Virus record (IMG/VR): IMGVR_UViG_3300027902_000008 | Coordinates: 28,941-92,940 of that record | Direction: 5' to 3' (one strand) | DNA length: 64,000 nucleotides | From: a virus | In this document: piece after piece, positions 60,553 through 64,000 of the stretch | How positions within the stretch are numbered: position 1 is the first letter of the stretch | How the letters are laid out: each line of letters starts with the position of its first letter | Translations under genes and position numbers: made by a program | The notes under the pieces: generated by a model | What the model was told of the DNA's origin: nothing | Database searches by the model: none | What the model saw: only the letters and a program-made list of their open reading frames with translations

Positions 60553-60890
60553 TATATAATCTTACTGCTCTTAGGGGGGATACTTTAACATTAAATTTGA
60601 CCTTTACACAGAATGGAGTTCCTGTTAGTATTTCTGGCTGGGCTGTTTTCTTTACTGTTAAGATTAAAGAAGACGACCCTGACATAAGTGCTGTTATAAG
60701 TAAAAAAGTAACTACGCATACAGACCCTGCACACGGACAAACTTCTATAGTAGTTACTGCTGCTGAAACCAATGCTTTGCTTGGTCAATACTTCTACGAT
60801 ATTCAATATGTAGACACAACTGGAACTGTTAAAACGCCAGCAGAGGGCAATATAACATTTGTGAGGGATATAACAAGAAGGGTAACATAA
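60549..60890 (+). CDS. BppU-like Ig-fold structural protein
   Basis: RGDT..L.L......P..ISG...FFTVK; G.Y.YDIQ; T..EG. Confidence 0.6.
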   Translation: MIYNLTALRGDTLTLNLTFTQNGVPVSISGWAVFFTVKIKEDDPDISAVISKKVTTHTDPAHGQTSIVVTAAETNALLGQYFYDIQYVDTTGTVKTPAEGNITFVRDITRRVT

Positions 60891-60895
60891 GTCTG

Positions 60896-63800
60896 ATGGA
60901 AGTTGATTTAAAAATAAACTTAGATGTTTCTGCTGTAAACATAAACCTTGATAAGCAAGTTACTAAGGTTGATTTTGTTGAGAAGGATATAACTATAAAC
61001 TTAGATAAACCATCTATGGAAATAGGTGGTAAGCCAGTAGATATATCTATAGAATTTGGTTCTGTGATAGGTCTTGGTTTATCTGGGTTCTCTGGTTATA
61101 GCGGTGATAATCCTGGTTCATCTGGTTATTCTGGTTACAGCGGAATATCTGGATACTCAGGTTATTCAGGATATGGCTTGCAAGGATTAAGCGGTTATTC
61201 TGGCTACAGTGGTGAAAATCCAGGAGCATCTGGATATAGTGGTAAATCTGGTATGTCAGGGTATAGCGGATACTCAGGCAAAAGCGGATTTTCAGGATAT
61301 TCTGGTATATCAGGAGATTCAGGGTTGTCGGGATTTTCAGGATACTCTGGAAAATCTGGTATGTCAGGTGTTATAGGATATTCAGGTTTATCAGGTAGAA
61401 GTGGTTATTCTGGTATATCTGGATATTCAGGATATTCTGGCAGAATTGGAGATTCAGGCTTTAGTGGTTATTCAGGTATCTCTGGGTATAGCGGTCTTAG
61501 GGGTTATTCGGGATATTCTGGAAGAGTAGGATATTCTGGTTGGTCAGGTCTTAGCGGATATTCAGGTCAATCTGGATTAGGTCTATCTGGGTATTCTGGA
61601 TATTCAGGTGAACAGGGAACTTCTGGATATTCAGGAACGATTGGTGCAAGCGGTTATTCTGGTTATTCGGGATTTTCTGGAAGAAGTGGTTACTCAGGGA
61701 AAAGCGGTTTCTCTGGTTACAGTGGTTTCTCTGGTCTTGGATTGTCTGGTTTATCAGGTTATTCAGGAAATTTGGGGACTTCGGGAATTTCTGGATATTC
61801 GGGATATAGTGGATATTCAAGTCATTCAGGATATAGTGGTAAATCGGGGTTTAGTGGTAAATCGGGTTATAGCGGTATATCTGGATTTTCTGGATATGCA
61901 GGAGCACAAGGAGAATCAGGTTTTGTTGGCTTGTCAGGTATGAGTGGCTATTCAGGATATAGCAGTTATTCAGGTTTAAGCGGATACTCTGGTTATAGCA
62001 GTTATTCGGGGCTAAGTGGATACTCAGGCTATAGTGGTTCAAGTGGAGATATGGGATTTCCAGGATTGTCTGGATATAGTGGCATAAGTGGTTATTCTGG
62101 CATTAGCGGATATTCAGGTATGTCAGGATTTAGTGGTAAAAGTGGATTCTCTGGATATAGTAGTTTCTCAGGCATATCTGGTTATTCGGGATTTAGTGGA
62201 ATATCAGGTTATAGCGGAGAATTAGGAACTTCTGGTTACAGCGGACTTTCAGGAATTAGCGGATATTCTGGCGATAGTGGCATATCTGGATATAGTGGAA
62301 TGTCAGGATATAGTGGATTCTCAGGATATTCAGGTGAGAAGGGAGAAAGTGGATATAGTGGGATATCAGGCTTTAGCGGTTTCTCAGGATACTCTGGCTT
62401 TAGCGGTCAAGATGGTTCTATTGGTAATTCTGGTTATAGCGGTTATTCTGGTTTTTCGGGATTGAGTGGATATTCAGGTTACAGCGGAGATAGCGGTATT
62501 TCTGGCTTTAGTGGTTATAGTGGTATTTCAGGGTTTAGTGGGGAATCAGGTTTTAGTGGGTTTTCAGGATACTCAAGTTATAGCGGTTATTCAGGATATA
62601 GCGGATTTTCTGGTATGTCAGGCGATAGCGGTTATAGTGGAGTAAGCGGTTATAGTAGTTATTCTGGATTTTCAGGCATAAGTGGCTATTCTGGATATAG
62701 CGGTTATAGTGGAGATAGTGGAATAAGCGGATACTCAGGGTATTCGGGGATTTCGGGTTATAGTGGTTTTTCAGGTATAAGTGGATATAGCGGTGAATCT
62801 GGATTGAGTGGATATTCAGGCTTATCTGGATATTCAGGTTTTAGTGGATATAGTGGCTTTTCGGGATTGTCTGGTTATTCAGGTGAATCAGGTTTCTCAG
62901 GAGAGAAAGGCGATAGTGGATACTCAGGTTATAGTGGCTATAGTGGTAATTCTGGTTTTAGCGGTTATTCAGGGTTTAGCGGAATAAGTGGGTATAGTGG
63001 TTATTCAGGTTTCAGTGGTGATTCGGGAATAAGCGGTTTTTCTGGATATAGTGGAATAAGTGGCTATTCAGGATATAGCGGAGATTCTGGTATTTCTGGA
63101 TACAGCGGTGTTTCAGGTTATTCAGGATATAGCGGTTATAGTGGAACATCAGGCTTTAGCGGAATATCAGGATATTCAGGTTACTCTGGAGATAGCGGTA
63201 TATCAGGGTATTCTGGATTCAGCGGGATTAGTGGATATAGTGGTTATTCTGGCGTTAGTGGTTTTAGTGGAATGTCAGGATTTAGTGGATTTAGCGGTAT
63301 TTCTGGCTACTCAGGTTTTAGTGGGTATTCTGGTTTTAGTGGAGAATCAGGATATTCAGGATTTTCTGGTATAAGTGGATTCTCTGGATATTCAGGTGTT
63401 TCAGGATATAGTGGGCTTAGTGGTTATTCTGGTTATAGTGGCACATCAGGATACTCAGGAGATTCTGGAATAAGCGGATTTTCAGGCATAAGTGGCTTTA
63501 GTGGATTTTCTGGTTTAAGCGGTTATAGCGGTTTTAGTGGTGAATCAGGGTATAGTGGCTTTTCAGGGCTATCTGGATACTCAGGTTACTCAGGCTTTAG
63601 TGGAATTAGTGGATACTCTGGTTTCTCAGGCATAAGCGGATATAGTGGTTATAGTGGTATTTCGGGGTATAGTGGCTTCAGTGGTGTTTCAGGATATAGT
63701 GGAATTTCTGGATATTCTGGAATGTCTGGGTATAGTGGATTCAGTGGGATTTTAGGATATTCAGGTTACTCAGGTATAAGTGGATACTCTGGTTATAGCG

Positions 63801-64000
63801 GAATAAGTGGTTATTCTGGAATTAGTGGATTTAGCGGATATTCAGGACTATCTGGTTACTCTGGCTTTTCAGGATATAGTGGTTTTAGTGGCATTTCAGG
63901 ATATTCAGGTTTTAGTGGGATTAGCGGTTATAGTGGATTTAGCGGAATCTCAGGATATTCTGGAATAAGTGGATATAGTGGAATAAGCGGTTATTCAGGT
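60896..64000 (+). CDS. Giant (Ser-Gly-X)n repeat protein, at least 1035 aa, truncated by window end (not in ORF track)
   Basis: ATG 60896 MEVDLKINLDVSAVNINLDKQ...GLGLSGFSGYSG; SGX repeats continue and the last window codon (GGT, 63998-64000) is in frame. Confidence 0.88.
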   Translation, partial: MEVDLKINLDVSAVNINLDKQVTKVDFVEKDITINLDKPSMEIGGKPVDISIEFGSVIGLGLSGFSGYSGDNPGSSGYSGYSGISGYSGYSGYGLQGLSGYSGYSGENPGASGYSGKSGMSGYSGYSGKSGFSGYSGISGDSGLSGFSGYSGKSGMSGVIGYSGLSGRSGYSGISGYSGYSGRIGDSGFSGYSGISGYSGLRGYSGYSGRVGYSGWSGLSGYSGQSGLGLSGYSGYSGEQGTSGYSGTIGASGYSGYSGFSGRSGYSGKSGFSGYSGFSGLGLSGLSGYSGNLGTSGISGYSGYSGYSSHSGYSGKSGFSGKSGYSGISGFSGYAGAQGESGFVGLSGMSGYSGYSSYSGLSGYSGYSSYSGLSGYSGYSGSSGDMGFPGLSGYSGISGYSGISGYSGMSGFSGKSGFSGYSSFSGISGYSGFSGISGYSGELGTSGYSGLSGISGYSGDSGISGYSGMSGYSGFSGYSGEKGESGYSGISGFSGFSGYSGFSGQDGSIGNSGYSGYSGFSGLSGYSGYSGDSGISGFSGYSGISGFSGESGFSGFSGYSSYSGYSGYSGFSGMSGDSGYSGVSGYSSYSGFSGISGYSGYSGYSGDSGISGYSGYSGISGYSGFSGISGYSGESGLSGYSGLSGYSGFSGYSGFSGLSGYSGESGFSGEKGDSGYSGYSGYSGNSGFSGYSGFSGISGYSGYSGFSGDSGISGFSGYSGISGYSGYSGDSGISGYSGVSGYSGYSGYSGTSGFSGISGYSGYSGDSGISGYSGFSGISGYSGYSGVSGFSGMSGFSGFSGISGYSGFSGYSGFSGESGYSGFSGISGFSGYSGVSGYSGLSGYSGYSGTSGYSGDSGISGFSGISGFSGFSGLSGYSGFSGESGYSGFSGLSGYSGYSGFSGISGYSGFSGISGYSGYSGISGYSGFSGVSGYSGISGYSGMSGYSGFSGILGYSGYSGISGYSGYSGISGYSGISGFSGYSGLSGYSGFSGYSGFSGISGYSGFSGISGYSGFSGISGYSGISGYSGISGYSG

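Noticed and set aside
232-60806. Numerous minus-strand ORFs in the track
   Set aside because: They are shadows of + strand genes with no recognisable motifs.
61047-63374. Short ORFs (DIQDI/NLNI-type) within the SGX region, likewise 52528-53592
   Set aside because: Alternative-frame readings of the SGX repeat genes.
1-64000. Stop-codon reassignment
   Set aside because: Conserved genes are intact in the standard code, and TAG, TGA and TAA all end genes right before the next RBS.

Overview
This is a 64-kb segment of an AT-rich tailed dsDNA bacteriophage genome. Almost all credible genes are on the + strand, use the standard code, and have strong GGAGG Shine-Dalgarno sites. There are several sigma70-like promoters. 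Layout: (i) 1-12.5 kb, accessory region of small ORFs with two related HNH endonucleases; (ii) 12.5-28.5 kb, replication/recombination (OB-fold and PC4-like SSBs, split replication initiator around a probable origin, DnaG-DnaB primase-helicase, RecA, two resolvases), plus Fic, 3D-domain and radical SAM genes and an atypical tRNA; (iii) 28.7-36.7 kb, modification cluster (ParB-like, radical SAM, two GREB1/TAGT-like and one GT-B glycosyltransferases, Gmd, cupins, DegT aminotransferase, methyltransferase); (iv) 36.7-57 kb, terminases, putative head-internal proteins, an outer-membrane beta-barrel, portal, MuF fusion, protease-scaffold and major capsid protein; (v) 57-64 kb, cold-shock protein, a second glycosyltransferase/methyltransferase cluster, and a >1000-aa (Ser-Gly-X)n protein that runs off the window and is absent from the ORF track. 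The standout is at 4.8-6.6 kb. A stand-alone RAMP/Cas7-like gene and a partner gene are interleaved with four non-coding arrays of strict 5-nt period (constant NTT, mostly GTT, plus a variable dinucleotide; 102 units). This is a candidate RNA-guided system with a non-contiguous guide code, VIPR-like but with a GUU rather than GGY scaffold. Two unannotated multi-stem ncRNA candidates lie at 26.1-26.3 kb and 45.4-45.6 kb. All family calls come from motif recognition by eye; no database searches were run.
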